Counted from the whole stretch's first letter, positions 19,946 through 29,954 are shown. The stretch: 63,952 nucleotides of DNA, filler included, from an uncultured bacterium (GCA_964609495.1; 4 parts of 4 records of this genome joined end to end with filler, not necessarily neighbours in it); one strand, 5' to 3'. The notes: a model not told the origin generated them from the sequence alone. Made by a program: numbers and translations.

Positions 19946-20045
19946 NNNNNNNNNNNNNNNNNNNNNNNNNNNNNNNNNNNNNNNNNNNNTTAATTAATTA
20001 ANNNNNNNNNNNNNNNNNNNNNNNNNNNNNNNNNNNNNNNNNNNN
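19946..20045. other. Artificial contig-joining linker
   Basis: 100 nt of N with a central TTAATTAATTAA (stops in all six frames). Confidence 0.97.
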
Positions 20046-20114
20046 GATAATCGCTTACCAAGCGGGTCAGAAGTTCGGATTACCCCTTTCTATAAAATTT
20101 TTTTTGAGAGGACC

Positions 20115-20690
20115 TTAGGCATTCACTCGACGAAGATCCTCCAGCTTTGAGACGAACTCTACTCCTTTATCGATAGCTTCTTTATTCAAATCTATAAGGT
20201 GATGCCAACGCTTATGTAAGACTTCGGGAAAAACTTCCTTAACGGTATCAATATTAACTACCGCGGTCTTAGATAAATAAGTGCCTAAGACGATCATATT
20301 CGCCACTTTCAAATTTCCCACTTTATAGGCTATATCGTTAGCAGGAACTTCTAAGATCTCGATATCGGTCCGCTCCGCTTTACGATCTATAAGAGAGCTA
20401 TTGATGATCAATAACCCTCCCTCTTTAACTCGAGGCTCGAATTTATCTAGCGATGGTCTATTCATAACTATCGCCGCCGAGGGATGAGCGATTACCGGAG
20501 AGCCGATCTCCTCGGGGGAGATTATCACCGTGCAGTTCGCGGTGCCTCCTCTCATCTCTGGACCATAAGTCGGCATCCAAGCCACATATTTATCCTCCTT
20601 CATTCCAGCATACGCTAGAAGTTGACCGATGAGCATCACCCCTTGCCCACCAAAACCAGCTATAGTAACCTCTTTTTGCATCGAATTCAT
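20115..20690 (-). CDS. 2-oxoacid:ferredoxin oxidoreductase gamma subunit
   Basis: IAGFGGQGVM, PTYGPEMRGGTANC, ANMIVLG. Confidence 0.93.
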   Translation of the reverse strand: MNSMQKEVTIAGFGGQGVMLIGQLLAYAGMKEDKYVAWMPTYGPEMRGGTANCTVIISPEEIGSPVIAHPSAAIVMNRPSLDKFEPRVKEGGLLIINSSLIDRKAERTDIEILEVPANDIAYKVGNLKVANMIVLGTYLSKTAVVNIDTVKEVFPEVLHKRWHHLIDLNKEAIDKGVEFVSKLEDLRRVNA

Positions 20691-20711
20691 CCTCTCTACT
20701 TAAACTTTTCC

Positions 20712-20834
20712 CTAAATAATATTGACAAGATAGGCGCAGCGCTCCCCCTCGGAATCCTGAAATTTAAACTGCAACCTCTTATCACCCAGTTTATTCATAG
20801 CTCCCTCAGCTAATCCAGCGCCGAAATAGCTGAA
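20712..20834 (-). pseudogene. Orphan 3' gene fragment inside the oxidoreductase operon (V4R-like C-terminus)
   Basis: Open frame FSYFGAGLAEGAMNKLGDKRLQFKFQDSEGERCAYLVNII* fills the beta-gamma gap; the protein-like part begins with no start codon or SD. Confidence 0.35.
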
Positions 20835-20838
20835 AATG

Positions 20839-21600
20839 CTACTCCTTCTCCTTGAAAACTTTCAAGGGATAGTAAGGGATCATATTCTCCTCCACCCACT
20901 TTGCGGCCTCAATAGGAGATAAGCCCCAGTTGGTCGGACAGGTGGATAGAACTTCGATTAAGGAGAATCCCTTATTATCCAACTGAGTCTGGAAAGCCTT
21001 CTTTATAGCCCTCTTAGCCTGAATCACCCGCTTGGGGGAATTTACCGCGACACGAGCGATATAGGCTGATCCCTCTAGTTGGGCTAACATTTCGCAGATG
21101 CGGATAGGATAGCCAGCGACCTCGGGGTCCCTTCCGTAAGGGGAAGTAGTGGTCTTCTGGCCTATCAAGGTAGTAGGAGCCATCTGTCCTCCGGTCATAC
21201 CGAAGACGGCATTATTGATGAAGATCGAGCTGATCTTCTCGCCTCTGGTAGCGGCGTGGACGATCTCTGCCGTTCCAATAGAGGCTAGATCGCCATCCCC
21301 CTGATAGGAGAAGACGAACTTATCGGGATGAACCCTCTTCACTCCCGTGGCGACCGCAGGCGCTCGTCCATGCGAAGCCTGGTGCATATCACAGTTAAAG
21401 AAATCGTAAATGAAGACGGAGCAACCTACTGGACCCACTCCGATCGTATCCTCTAGAATCCCGAACTCATCTATAAGTTCCGCGATCAAACGAACCACAA
21501 TGCCGTGAGAGCAACCAGGGCAGAAATTCATTTTAACATCTGCTAAAGCTTTGGGTCTGGAAAAGACCTTCTTCATAGCTTTGTCTATAACTTTCTCCAT
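20839..21600 (-). CDS. 2-oxoacid:ferredoxin oxidoreductase beta (TPP-binding) subunit, VorA-type
   Basis: FCPGCSHG, HGRAPAVATG, YQGDGD, MTGGQMAPTT, STCPTNW. Confidence 0.93.
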   Translation of the reverse strand: MEKVIDKAMKKVFSRPKALADVKMNFCPGCSHGIVVRLIAELIDEFGILEDTIGVGPVGCSVFIYDFFNCDMHQASHGRAPAVATGVKRVHPDKFVFSYQGDGDLASIGTAEIVHAATRGEKISSIFINNAVFGMTGGQMAPTTLIGQKTTTSPYGRDPEVAGYPIRICEMLAQLEGSAYIARVAVNSPKRVIQAKRAIKKAFQTQLDNKGFSLIEVLSTCPTNWGLSPIEAAKWVEENMIPYYPLKVFKEKE

Positions 21601-21620
21601 AATTTATCATCTCCTTAAAC

Positions 21621-22676
21621 CTAAGAGTCAAGTAGTTCTAGGCACTTCTCAACTATCTCCTCCGGAGTGGGAACCATCCCTCCCATTCGGCCATGGAAAT
21701 ATACTGGAGCTCGACCGTTCACAGCTAGGCGAACATCATCGACCATCTGACCAGCGTTCAACTCCACGGTTAAGAAAGGCACTTCTCGGCCAGCGACCTC
21801 ATCAAAAGCCGAGTGGGGAAAGGGCCAAAGGGTGATCGGTCGAATCATCCCCGCCTCAATGCCCTTCTCCTTGAGGATCCTCAGGGAAGTTCTGGATATC
21901 CGAGCCGCAGTTCCGTAAGCCGCTATCACCAATTGCGCCCTATCCAAATTTATCTTCTCCGCTTTAGCCTCATTCTTCGCTATCTCCCTATATTTCTCTT
22001 GAAGCTTCCGGTTAAGCTCCTCGAGTTCCTCCAATACTATATTTAAGGCCTTTATAACGTTCTTCTTTCGGCCCTTAGCTCCAGTCGTAGCCCAAGGCTT
22101 CTCTGGGAGCTTTTTCTCACTTCTATCTTTGAACTCAACTGGCTCCATCATCTGCCCCAAAATTGTATCTCCTAAGATAACAACTGGGGTGCGATACTTA
22201 TCCGCTAGCTCGAAGGCGAGATCAACCAATTCTACCGCCTCTTGAATAGAGGATGGTCCCAACACTATAGTGCGATAATCTCCGTGCCCTCCTCCTCTCG
22301 TAGCTTGAAAGTAATCGGATTGAGTAGGTCCTAGGTTACCTAACCCTGGTCCTCCTCGGGATATATTGACTATAACACAGGGCAATTCAGCTCCTGCTAT
22401 ATACGATATCCCCTCCTGTTTAAGACTTATACCTGGGCCAGAGGAGGAGGTCATAACCCTTGCCCCTGAGCCAGAAGCTCCAAATACCATATTGATAGCC
22501 CCGATCTCACTCTCCGCTTGCAAGAAAGTTCCTCCCACTTCTGGCAAACGTCTAGCCATATAGGCTGGTATCTCATTTTGAGGGGTTATAGGATAGCCGA
22601 AGAAAAAGCGACATCCCGCTCGGATCGCGGCTTCAGCTATAGCTTCATTGCCCTTCATCAAGATCTTTTCCCCCAT
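21621..22676 (-). CDS. vorB: 3-methyl-2-oxobutanoate (2-oxoacid):ferredoxin oxidoreductase alpha subunit
   Basis: LMKGNEAIAEAAIRAGC..FGYPITPQ, QAESE, TSSSGPG, GGGHGDY. Confidence 0.9.
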   Translation of the reverse strand: MGEKILMKGNEAIAEAAIRAGCRFFFGYPITPQNEIPAYMARRLPEVGGTFLQAESEIGAINMVFGASGSGARVMTSSSGPGISLKQEGISYIAGAELPCVIVNISRGGPGLGNLGPTQSDYFQATRGGGHGDYRTIVLGPSSIQEAVELVDLAFELADKYRTPVVILGDTILGQMMEPVEFKDRSEKKLPEKPWATTGAKGRKKNVIKALNIVLEELEELNRKLQEKYREIAKNEAKAEKINLDRAQLVIAAYGTAARISRTSLRILKEKGIEAGMIRPITLWPFPHSAFDEVAGREVPFLTVELNAGQMVDDVRLAVNGRAPVYFHGRMGGMVPTPEEIVEKCLELLDS

Positions 22677-22696
22677 CTTATCCTCCTTATTACAAT

Positions 22697-23161
22697 TTAC
22701 TCTTGGAACTTCGCCTTTAATACTTCCTCTATAAGCACGCTCTTCTTAGCTCTGGATATCTCCCTACCAGTGAGGGATATATTATCCAAGCGGCGGGCGA
22801 TCTTTCTTAATTCCCTCACAGTTTTAGCTTCGAGCTCTACTTTATCCTCTTCAGACGTCTTCTCTCTTTCGAGAGGCTCCTCTGCCGCTAACTTGAAAAC
22901 CCGAATGATATCATCATAAGGTCTAGCGATTACATGAGCGGAGATCAATTTTCCCACTTTACTCGCCCTCCTTGCCCCTGTTTCTACTGCCACTTGCACC
23001 GAGGCTAAATCACCTATCAACTTTATAGTGACCAACCCACCGGTAGCTAAATCATACCCTACTAATTTCACATTGGCTTCTTTACAAGCAGCATCGGCTG
23101 CCTCTACTGCCCCTATTAATCCTAAAGTTTCAATAAGTCCTAGTGATATATTATCGTTCAA
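22697..23161 (-). CDS. BMC-H microcompartment shell protein with a C-terminal helical extension (EutK/PduK-like)
   Basis: LGLIETLGLIGAVEAADAACKEANV...GDLASVQVAV...HVIARP; tail TVRELRKIARRL...REISRAKK; probable TTG start at 23161. Confidence 0.9.
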   Translation of the reverse strand: MNDNISLGLIETLGLIGAVEAADAACKEANVKLVGYDLATGGLVTIKLIGDLASVQVAVETGARRASKVGKLISAHVIARPYDDIIRVFKLAAEEPLEREKTSEEDKVELEAKTVRELRKIARRLDNISLTGREISRAKKSVLIEEVLKAKFQE

Positions 23162-23279
23162 TTCGCTCTTCCTTCCCTGACGAAGGTGCTCGGATCTCGC
23201 CTTGGCTCTTCTCTTCAAGGGAGAGGGAAGTCAGATATCCCTCTTAATAATCTAATATAATCTATATTTACAACGGCTC

Positions 23280-23681
23280 TCAACTCGCTATGGCTTTGCC
23301 CACTTTAGTATCTCTGACCTTCCAGATCAGAGATACTATAAATATCACTCCTAAACTATCTGCCACAAAATCCCAAAAATCCCCGTAACGACTTGGCACA
23401 AACGATTGATGTATCTCATCACTAGCCGCATAAAGAATAGTTATTATGATCGTCCAAAGATGGGCATAATCGCTCCATATCTCTTTGCTCTCATTTCTGA
23501 AGGCTCTAAGGATAAGAATCCCCAAGACCCCATACTCCAAGAAGTGAATAACTTTGTCGTTCCAAGAGAAAGGGGGAAGAGGGATTATCGTAGGCCTTGA
23601 GGAGAGGAAAAATATCAATAGCATATAAACTATGGCTAAAGACCAATGGATTAACTTATAATATGCCTCTTGTTTTCTCAT
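23280..23681 (-). CDS. VanZ family membrane protein
   Basis: DKVIHFLEYGVLG, YAASDEIHQSFVPSR, DFVADSLG. Confidence 0.9.
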   Translation of the reverse strand: MRKQEAYYKLIHWSLAIVYMLLIFFLSSRPTIIPLPPFSWNDKVIHFLEYGVLGILILRAFRNESKEIWSDYAHLWTIIITILYAASDEIHQSFVPSRYGDFWDFVADSLGVIFIVSLIWKVRDTKVGKAIAS

Positions 23682-23690
23682 TTCTACCCT

Positions 23691-23785
23691 ATTTTACATT
23701 TTAATTTCCTTATTGTCAAGTATCTTTAATTTTTTTCTTCTTATCTTCTCCATATAATTGACATTTCAAGGGAATGTGCTATAAT
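23691..23785. promoter_or_regulatory. Divergent sigma70 promoters
   Basis: Minus strand TTGACA-17-TAAAAT (23719-23691); plus strand TTGACA(23758)-16-TATAAT(23780) with a TG extension. Confidence 0.8.
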
Positions 23786-23836
23786 AGAGAAAAGATAATA
23801 ACTTTCTGCTGTGAACTTAATATAAAGTGAGATTAA

Positions 23837-24406
23837 ATGAGCAATATAATTTATTTTGACCTAGAGACTCAATTCACCGCGGATGAAGTTGGTGGGTGGA
23901 GGAATAAGCATCTTATGAAATTAGCTGTAGGAGTGATCTACAGCACTTTGAAAGGTAATTTTGAGGTATATCAAGAGAAACAAGTCAAACAGATGATCAA
24001 GGAATTAGCTTCAGCCGATTTAGTTGTCGGTTTCAACGTGAAGGGTTTCGATTACAAGGTGCTTACACCCTATTCTCACCTTAAGCTCTCAAGGTTACCA
24101 ACTCTTGATATACTAGAATATGTCTATAAAATTCTCGGATTTCGTATAAGTTTAGATGGTCTAGCTTATGCTACTCTTGGGGAGAATAAATCATCTAATG
24201 GAGCTGAGGCTGTAAAGTGGTATAGAGGGGGCGCGATAGATAAGGTAATCGAGTACTGCAAGCAGGATGTTAAATTGACCAGAGATCTTCATAACTTTGG
24301 GATGAAGAAGGGATATCTTCTATATTACGATAAAAGAGGAATTAGAAAGAAGGAATTACCTGTTAAATGGAAGGAAAAACACTTCTTTCAGGGTTCTCTT
24401 TTCTAA
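23837..24406 (+). CDS. RNase H-like / DnaQ-like exonuclease domain protein (YprB-related, stand-alone)
   Basis: YFDLETQ, VGFNVKGFD, SLDGLA and EYCKQDV exonuclease motifs. Confidence 0.82.
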   Translation: MSNIIYFDLETQFTADEVGGWRNKHLMKLAVGVIYSTLKGNFEVYQEKQVKQMIKELASADLVVGFNVKGFDYKVLTPYSHLKLSRLPTLDILEYVYKILGFRISLDGLAYATLGENKSSNGAEAVKWYRGGAIDKVIEYCKQDVKLTRDLHNFGMKKGYLLYYDKRGIRKKELPVKWKEKHFFQGSLF

Positions 24407-24417
24407 TTTCAATGGAC

Positions 24418-24451
24418 AGGCTGCCGATAGCCTCAAAGCTACCGACAGCCT
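24418..24451. terminator. Hairpin between convergent genes
   Basis: Stem AGGCTGCCGATAGC/GCTACCGACAGCCT (pairs better on the minus strand via G:U). Confidence 0.65.
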
Positions 24452-24479
24452 AATTTAATCATAGCTTTAGTGATAAGCC

Positions 24480-25487
24480 TTAAACTGCCGCTGCCACTTC
24501 CATCTTATTCAATATATCCACTATAATCTCGTCTGTATCTATCCCTTCCGCTTCTCCCTCGAAGTTCAGAATGAGTCTGTGTCTTAGAGCAGGGAGGGCT
24601 GCACTCCTAATATCCTCGAAGCTGACGTTGAATCTCTCTTCGAGTAAAGCCTTTATCTTCCCCGCTAGCACTAAGCTCTGGGCTCCTCTGGGACTCGAAC
24701 CATAGCGGACGAAACGATTCGCCATCTCGGTGGCGAATTGAGAATCGGGGTGGGTTGCTAAGACTATCTTAATAGCATAATCCCGCACATGAGAGGCTAT
24801 AGGCACCTCCCTCACGAATCTCTTCAATTCTACTATCTTCTCCCCACTTACTACCTTATTCACTTCTTGCATCTCAGCTTTGGTAGTCCTATCGACTATC
24901 TCTCCCAATTGTTGCAGATTTGGGTAGTTGACCTTCAATTTGAAGAAGAATCTATCCATCTGAGCTTCGGGAAGTGGATAAGTCCCTTCCATCTCCAGTG
25001 GGTTTTGAGTGGCTAATACGAAAAATGGATTATCCAATCTGTGGATGATGCCAGCAACCGTTACACTTTGCTCCTGCATAGCTTCCAGTAGCGCCGACTG
25101 AGTTTTGGGGGTCGCTCGGTTGATCTCGTCCGCCAAGATGATATTGGCGAATATTGGTCCTCTCTGGAACTCGAAGTATCTATTTCCCTGCTGATCCTCC
25201 ATAATTATGTTGGTTCCGATTATATCGGCTGGCATCAGATCGGGAGTGAATTGGATACGAGAGAATTTCAGATCTAAGACTTCGCTTAAAGTCTTGACCA
25301 GTAGAGTCTTTCCTAGACCTGGCACCCCTTCTAGCCAGGAATGTCCTCCACTTAGGAGGCAGATCAAAGCTCCCTCTATTATCTCCTCATGCCCAACTAT
25401 TATCTTTCCTATCTCTCTCCGGATGGTATCCCATATCCCTCTAAATTCAGCCGCTCTCTTTTCTGCTTCTTCGACCTCGATATCCAC
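24480..25487 (-). CDS. MoxR family AAA+ ATPase
   Basis: LEGVPGLGKT, RIQFTPDLMPADI, DEINRATPKTQSALLEAM, ATQNPLEMEGTYPLPEAQMDRF. Confidence 0.95.
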   Translation of the reverse strand: MDIEVEEAEKRAAEFRGIWDTIRREIGKIIVGHEEIIEGALICLLSGGHSWLEGVPGLGKTLLVKTLSEVLDLKFSRIQFTPDLMPADIIGTNIIMEDQQGNRYFEFQRGPIFANIILADEINRATPKTQSALLEAMQEQSVTVAGIIHRLDNPFFVLATQNPLEMEGTYPLPEAQMDRFFFKLKVNYPNLQQLGEIVDRTTKAEMQEVNKVVSGEKIVELKRFVREVPIASHVRDYAIKIVLATHPDSQFATEMANRFVRYGSSPRGAQSLVLAGKIKALLEERFNVSFEDIRSAALPALRHRLILNFEGEAEGIDTDEIIVDILNKMEVAAAV

Positions 25488-25507
25488 GTATTTTCCTCCT
25501 TATAATT

Positions 25508-27103
25508 TTACTTCTCTTCTAAGGATTCGAAGTATTTCTTAACATACCATTTATAACCAGCGGGGATCTCCTCGGCCGATAGAGCTTCCTCCGCCTTCTT
25601 CTTATATTGAGGATAAGCCTCCTCGAGGGGGATTTTAGCTCCTTCCTTATTATCGGAGGGTGCTTTTACCTCTAGGCTAAGGGATCTAGCCTTCTCATCG
25701 GCGATCTCACCCTCTATCTTATCAGTCTTCTTGGAGGTTTCTATCCGCTCGGAAGGCGGTCCTTTTTGTCCTTTTGGTTGAGCCGCAGTTCCTGGGGCAT
25801 TACCTTCATCCTTTAAGTTAGGATCTGACTCCCAACTTTCTCTTCCGTCTTTGTTTCTAGCCCCCCCATTGTTCTCCTGTCCTCCCTCCATAAGCATCCT
25901 TTCAAGCATATCTTGGAAGCCACTATCCCTATCTATGGGGCGATTATCTCCATTTTGGATATTTCCTTGGCTGCGCTCTAAGGCTCTTTGGAGCATCTCT
26001 AAGGTTTCTCGATCTTCTGACATTCGCTGTTGCTTACTCAATTGTTCAAGCGCTTGTTGTAGAGCTTCCCGCGCTCCTTCCACATCCCCTTGAGCTAAAG
26101 CCTCGGCTGCTCTTGCCAGCATCTCACTGAGTCCTTGATCCCCCTCTAATTGCTCTTTAGCCTCTTCTAATTGTTCGGATAACTTCTTCGCCTCCTCTGG
26201 GGACATCTTGCCCTGCTCCAAGTTGCTCATCATCTTCTCCAGATTCTCGATAGCAGAGCTTTCATCCCCTTGTTGCAAAGCTTGAGCTAACCCAGAGCTA
26301 AGCGAGGCGTTCTGTTGAGCTGTTTGTTGAGTTCGCTTTACGTTCGTTCCACTTTGTAAAGGAGCCCTAGCCGCTAAGCTATTGCTCCTCAATCTAGTTT
26401 CCTGGGAGAGGCGAGATAATTTCGATATAGCCTCAGGTTCGCTCAGTTTACCTTCCTTCATCTCCTCCCCTAAGGCTCTCAGTTTAGGAGTTATCTTCAT
26501 AGTTTCCTGTAGATCTCTCTGTTTGGCTTTCTCCTCCAAAGCCCTTCCTATCTCCTCTAATCTCCTTCCCTCTTCCCTTATGGTCTGACGCAGGACCCTT
26601 TCCTCCTTCCAGCGAGGAAGAAGGAGATTGGCAAATAAAATGATCGTCGCTAAACCTATCACGATCCAGGGTAGATAACGAATTTCCCTAGGTATCGTCA
26701 GGGGACAGACCTGGGAGGAAGCGACCCTTCTTATATGGATTGCCGCGTCCTTTATCAAGGCTTCCGATAAGCCAAATTCCTCTTTTTTATTGAGGAATTC
26801 CGTAGCGGTGCTAGTTCTTTCCTTTAACCTCAGCCACCTATCCGCCATCTGAGCCGCTTTCAGGGGAGTTATCTTATAACTCATACCTAAAAATAGCCCG
26901 ACAGATATACTTCCCAGAAGGATAAAGATAGCCAAGAGATAGATGTTGAGAGAGATGGGAAATATAGTTTCAGCTAGGATGGAGAGGAGAAAGATCACTG
27001 AGCCATAAGAGATCGCTCTTATGAAACCCTCCTCTATCTTTCTTATCCTGATCGTTTTGGAGAACTCGTCTATCTTCTCTTGTATTATCTGTTCCTCTTG
27101 CAT
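25508..27103 (-). CDS. Membrane-anchored long coiled-coil protein of the type found in MoxR/vWA loci
   Basis: Three TM helices, LKERTSTA motif, E/Q-rich coiled coil, C-terminal EIPAGYKWYVKKYF. Confidence 0.7.
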   Translation of the reverse strand: MQEEQIIQEKIDEFSKTIRIRKIEEGFIRAISYGSVIFLLSILAETIFPISLNIYLLAIFILLGSISVGLFLGMSYKITPLKAAQMADRWLRLKERTSTATEFLNKKEEFGLSEALIKDAAIHIRRVASSQVCPLTIPREIRYLPWIVIGLATIILFANLLLPRWKEERVLRQTIREEGRRLEEIGRALEEKAKQRDLQETMKITPKLRALGEEMKEGKLSEPEAISKLSRLSQETRLRSNSLAARAPLQSGTNVKRTQQTAQQNASLSSGLAQALQQGDESSAIENLEKMMSNLEQGKMSPEEAKKLSEQLEEAKEQLEGDQGLSEMLARAAEALAQGDVEGAREALQQALEQLSKQQRMSEDRETLEMLQRALERSQGNIQNGDNRPIDRDSGFQDMLERMLMEGGQENNGGARNKDGRESWESDPNLKDEGNAPGTAAQPKGQKGPPSERIETSKKTDKIEGEIADEKARSLSLEVKAPSDNKEGAKIPLEEAYPQYKKKAEEALSAEEIPAGYKWYVKKYFESLEEK

Positions 27104-27184
27104 TAACTAGGCACCTCTTAAAGAACTTCTTATAGTTTAAACTTAGTTTTCCTTCGCTTAGTTCCCCTGAATTTGTCCTTTAAA

Positions 27185-27361
27185 AGCATAACATAAATAA
27201 GCAAATATGTCAAGTTTTTTGGATCGAGGCTTTGAAGCTGGAAGGTATCGATCGATTACGTCCAATTTCTATCTTCTAAACAATGATCGCAAATAATAGC
27301 AATTAATTTTTGACTCTTAGCAAGAAAATCTCTTTACTTTATATTTCTTTTCTGATATAAT
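27185..27361. promoter_or_regulatory. Divergent sigma70 promoters
   Basis: Minus strand TTGACA-17-TATGCT (27213-27185); plus strand TTTACT(27333)-17-TATAAT(27356). Confidence 0.7.
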
Positions 27362-27367
27362 AACGAC

Positions 27368-28888
27368 TTGGAGGTGATGATTTTGAGTCTATTGGGACTG
27401 GATATCGGAACTACTGGAACTAAGGCGATCGTGTTTAACCTGGAGGGCGATATTATATCTCAAGCCTATCGAGAATATCCTCTTATTTATCCTCAGCCGG
27501 GTTGGATAGAGTTAGATTCCGTTATGGTTTGGGAGAAGGTAAAGGAGGCTATCAGAGAGGCCGCGGCAGGGGTAGATACTGATCCGATAAGGGCTTTGAG
27601 TGTATCAACTCAAGGTGAGGCTTTTGTTCCCATAAGCAAGAATGGGGAGATCCTAGACAATAGTATAGTTACCTTCGATAACAGAGCGACTAAGATCGCG
27701 GAGAGATTGGGAGAGAAGCTTGATAAGATGAGGATCTTCGAGATCACCGGTATGCCCTTGAGCGGTGTTCATACTTTGAATAAGGTAATATGGTTGAGGG
27801 AGAATAAGCCTGAGGTATATAATAATACTTGGAAGTTCTTATGTTATGAGGATTTCGCCTTCTATAAGATGGGACTCGCTCCAGCTATAGACTATTCTTT
27901 GGCAGCTAGAACTATGGCTTTTGATGTTCGGAAGAAGGAATGGTCTCCAGAGATGCTCAAGATAGCTGAGGTGGATGTTAGTTTATTCCCTGAGGCGAAA
28001 CCCTCCGGAGAGGTAGTTGGGAAGCTCTCAGATTCGGTTGCCTATGAGCTAGGTCTTCCCAAAGGAGTTAGGGCGGTTACTGGAGGACATGATCAACCTT
28101 GTGGAGCATTGGGATCAGGGGTCATAGAGGAGTCCGTCGCGATGGATGCCATGGGAACTGTGGATTGTATAACTGCCGCCTTGAATAAACCGGTCTTCAG
28201 CAAGGAGATGCTTAAGAACAATCATGCCTGTTATCCTCATGTGGTAAGGGATATGTATATAACTTTGGTCTTCAATTTCACTGGTGGTTCTTTACTCCGC
28301 TGGTTCAGGGATACCCTGGCTTATGAGGAGGTCGAGGAAGCTAAGAGGACTGGTAAAGATGTGTATGATATCATAACCGGCAAGATCAAAGATGGACCCT
28401 CCAATCTTTATATACTCCCCCATTTTACGATGACCGGAACTCCCTATATGGATCCCGATTCCAAAGGAGCTATTATGGGCTTGACCTTGGCTTCCGATAA
28501 AGCTGATATAATTAAGGCTATTCTGGAGGGAATCACCTATGAGATGAAGTTGAACCTGGAATATCTGGAGCAGGGAGGAGTCAAGGTAGAGCAGTTGAGA
28601 GCCATCGGAGGAGGAGCTAGATCCGAAAAGTGGCTGCAATTGAAGGCTGATATGTTCGGCAGGCCAATAGTTTCCCTTAACATCTCAGAAGCGGCTTGCT
28701 TGGGAACGGTGCTCTTAGCTGGAACCGCTATTGGAGAGTACTCATCGGTCTCAGAAGCGGTTGACCAAGTGGTGAAGATCAAGGAGATATTCGAGCCTGA
28801 TCCTGAGAAGAAGAGGATATATGATGAAAAGTTCAGGATATATGCCGAGATATATCCTACGATTAAGGATCTAAATCATAGTATATGA
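27368..28888 (+). CDS. FGGY family carbohydrate kinase (start may be TTG 27383)
   Basis: LGLDIGTTGTK, GGHDQ, LPHF, EGITYE, IGGGARS. Confidence 0.92.
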   Translation: MEVMILSLLGLDIGTTGTKAIVFNLEGDIISQAYREYPLIYPQPGWIELDSVMVWEKVKEAIREAAAGVDTDPIRALSVSTQGEAFVPISKNGEILDNSIVTFDNRATKIAERLGEKLDKMRIFEITGMPLSGVHTLNKVIWLRENKPEVYNNTWKFLCYEDFAFYKMGLAPAIDYSLAARTMAFDVRKKEWSPEMLKIAEVDVSLFPEAKPSGEVVGKLSDSVAYELGLPKGVRAVTGGHDQPCGALGSGVIEESVAMDAMGTVDCITAALNKPVFSKEMLKNNHACYPHVVRDMYITLVFNFTGGSLLRWFRDTLAYEEVEEAKRTGKDVYDIITGKIKDGPSNLYILPHFTMTGTPYMDPDSKGAIMGLTLASDKADIIKAILEGITYEMKLNLEYLEQGGVKVEQLRAIGGGARSEKWLQLKADMFGRPIVSLNISEAACLGTVLLAGTAIGEYSSVSEAVDQVVKIKEIFEPDPEKKRIYDEKFRIYAEIYPTIKDLNHSI

Positions 28889-28918
28889 TATTATGAAATA
28901 CTAGTATGAGGGGAGGAA

Positions 28919-29884
28919 ATGAAACGGATGGCGAGGGTAAAGGCGAAGATTGCGGAATTAGTCGCGCCCGAGAAATTCGAGATAGTCGAAGATGAGTTAG
29001 AGATGGGCGATTCTCAGGTCTTAATCAAAGTTGTGGCTTGTGGGGTTTGTATGAGCGAGATGTTCGTTTATAAAGGCTCTTACGATCGATTCCCCTTTAG
29101 ATTAGGACATGAGCCCGCGGGGATAGTGGAGCAGGTGGGAGCGGAGGTGGAGAACTTCAAGCCCGGAGATAGGGTGACAGGGCTTTTCGGACCTGGTTTT
29201 GCCAATTACGCGTTAGCTTTTCCCAACAGATTGGTCAAGATTCCTGATGATATCCCCATCGAATATATGTTGGGAGAGCCGATAAAGTGTGCCGCTACTT
29301 GCTGTCGAGCTAGTAGCTATGAGTTTGGGGATTATGTTCTATTAGTAGGCTGCGGATTTATGGGGTTATTAACCCTCTGTGGTATAGCAGGAAGAGGAGC
29401 AGGGGAGATAATCGCGGTCGATTTCGATTCTCATAGGCTTGAACTAGCGAAGGAGTTCGGAGCTACTATCACTCTCAATCCTAACGAGGTCGATGTCGAG
29501 AAGGAAGTTCGGAGGATAACTGAGGGAAGAGGAGTAGAGATAGCAATAGAGGCTGTGGGAAAGCCCGATGCTCTGGAGGTGGCTAGCAGATTGCTTAGGA
29601 TTCCTCGTCCTAAGTTCGTTATGTTGGGGTATCATGCTGAGCCTCAGACTATAAACTTGGGATATTGGGATAATGGCGTGGTGGTGCATAATCCTCACCC
29701 TGGGTACTCTAGAGATCAAATGGAAGATCTGCGAAGAGGGCTTCAGGCGGCTATAAAGGGAGTCTTTCCTATGGATAGGTTGATTACGCATAGCTTCAAG
29801 TTGGAGGAGGTGGGGAAAGCTTTCGAGATGGCTAAGAAGCATGAGGATGGATATATCAAGGGAGTGGTTATGCCCTGCCACTAA
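28919..29884 (+). CDS. Zinc-binding (MDR) sugar/alcohol dehydrogenase lacking the structural zinc loop
   Basis: CGVCMSE, LGHEPAG, GCGFMG, ITHSF. Confidence 0.88.
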   Translation: MKRMARVKAKIAELVAPEKFEIVEDELEMGDSQVLIKVVACGVCMSEMFVYKGSYDRFPFRLGHEPAGIVEQVGAEVENFKPGDRVTGLFGPGFANYALAFPNRLVKIPDDIPIEYMLGEPIKCAATCCRASSYEFGDYVLLVGCGFMGLLTLCGIAGRGAGEIIAVDFDSHRLELAKEFGATITLNPNEVDVEKEVRRITEGRGVEIAIEAVGKPDALEVASRLLRIPRPKFVMLGYHAEPQTINLGYWDNGVVVHNPHPGYSRDQMEDLRRGLQAAIKGVFPMDRLITHSFKLEEVGKAFEMAKKHEDGYIKGVVMPCH

Positions 29885-29954
29885 AATATTTCTTAATTTT
29901 GGGTCTTTAGTTATGAGCAGGATAAATTTATAATGGATAAGGAGGATATCTTAT

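Noticed and set aside
19990-20001. TTAATTAATTAA motif recurring three times
   Set aside because: Embedded in N runs; an artificial all-frame stop linker.
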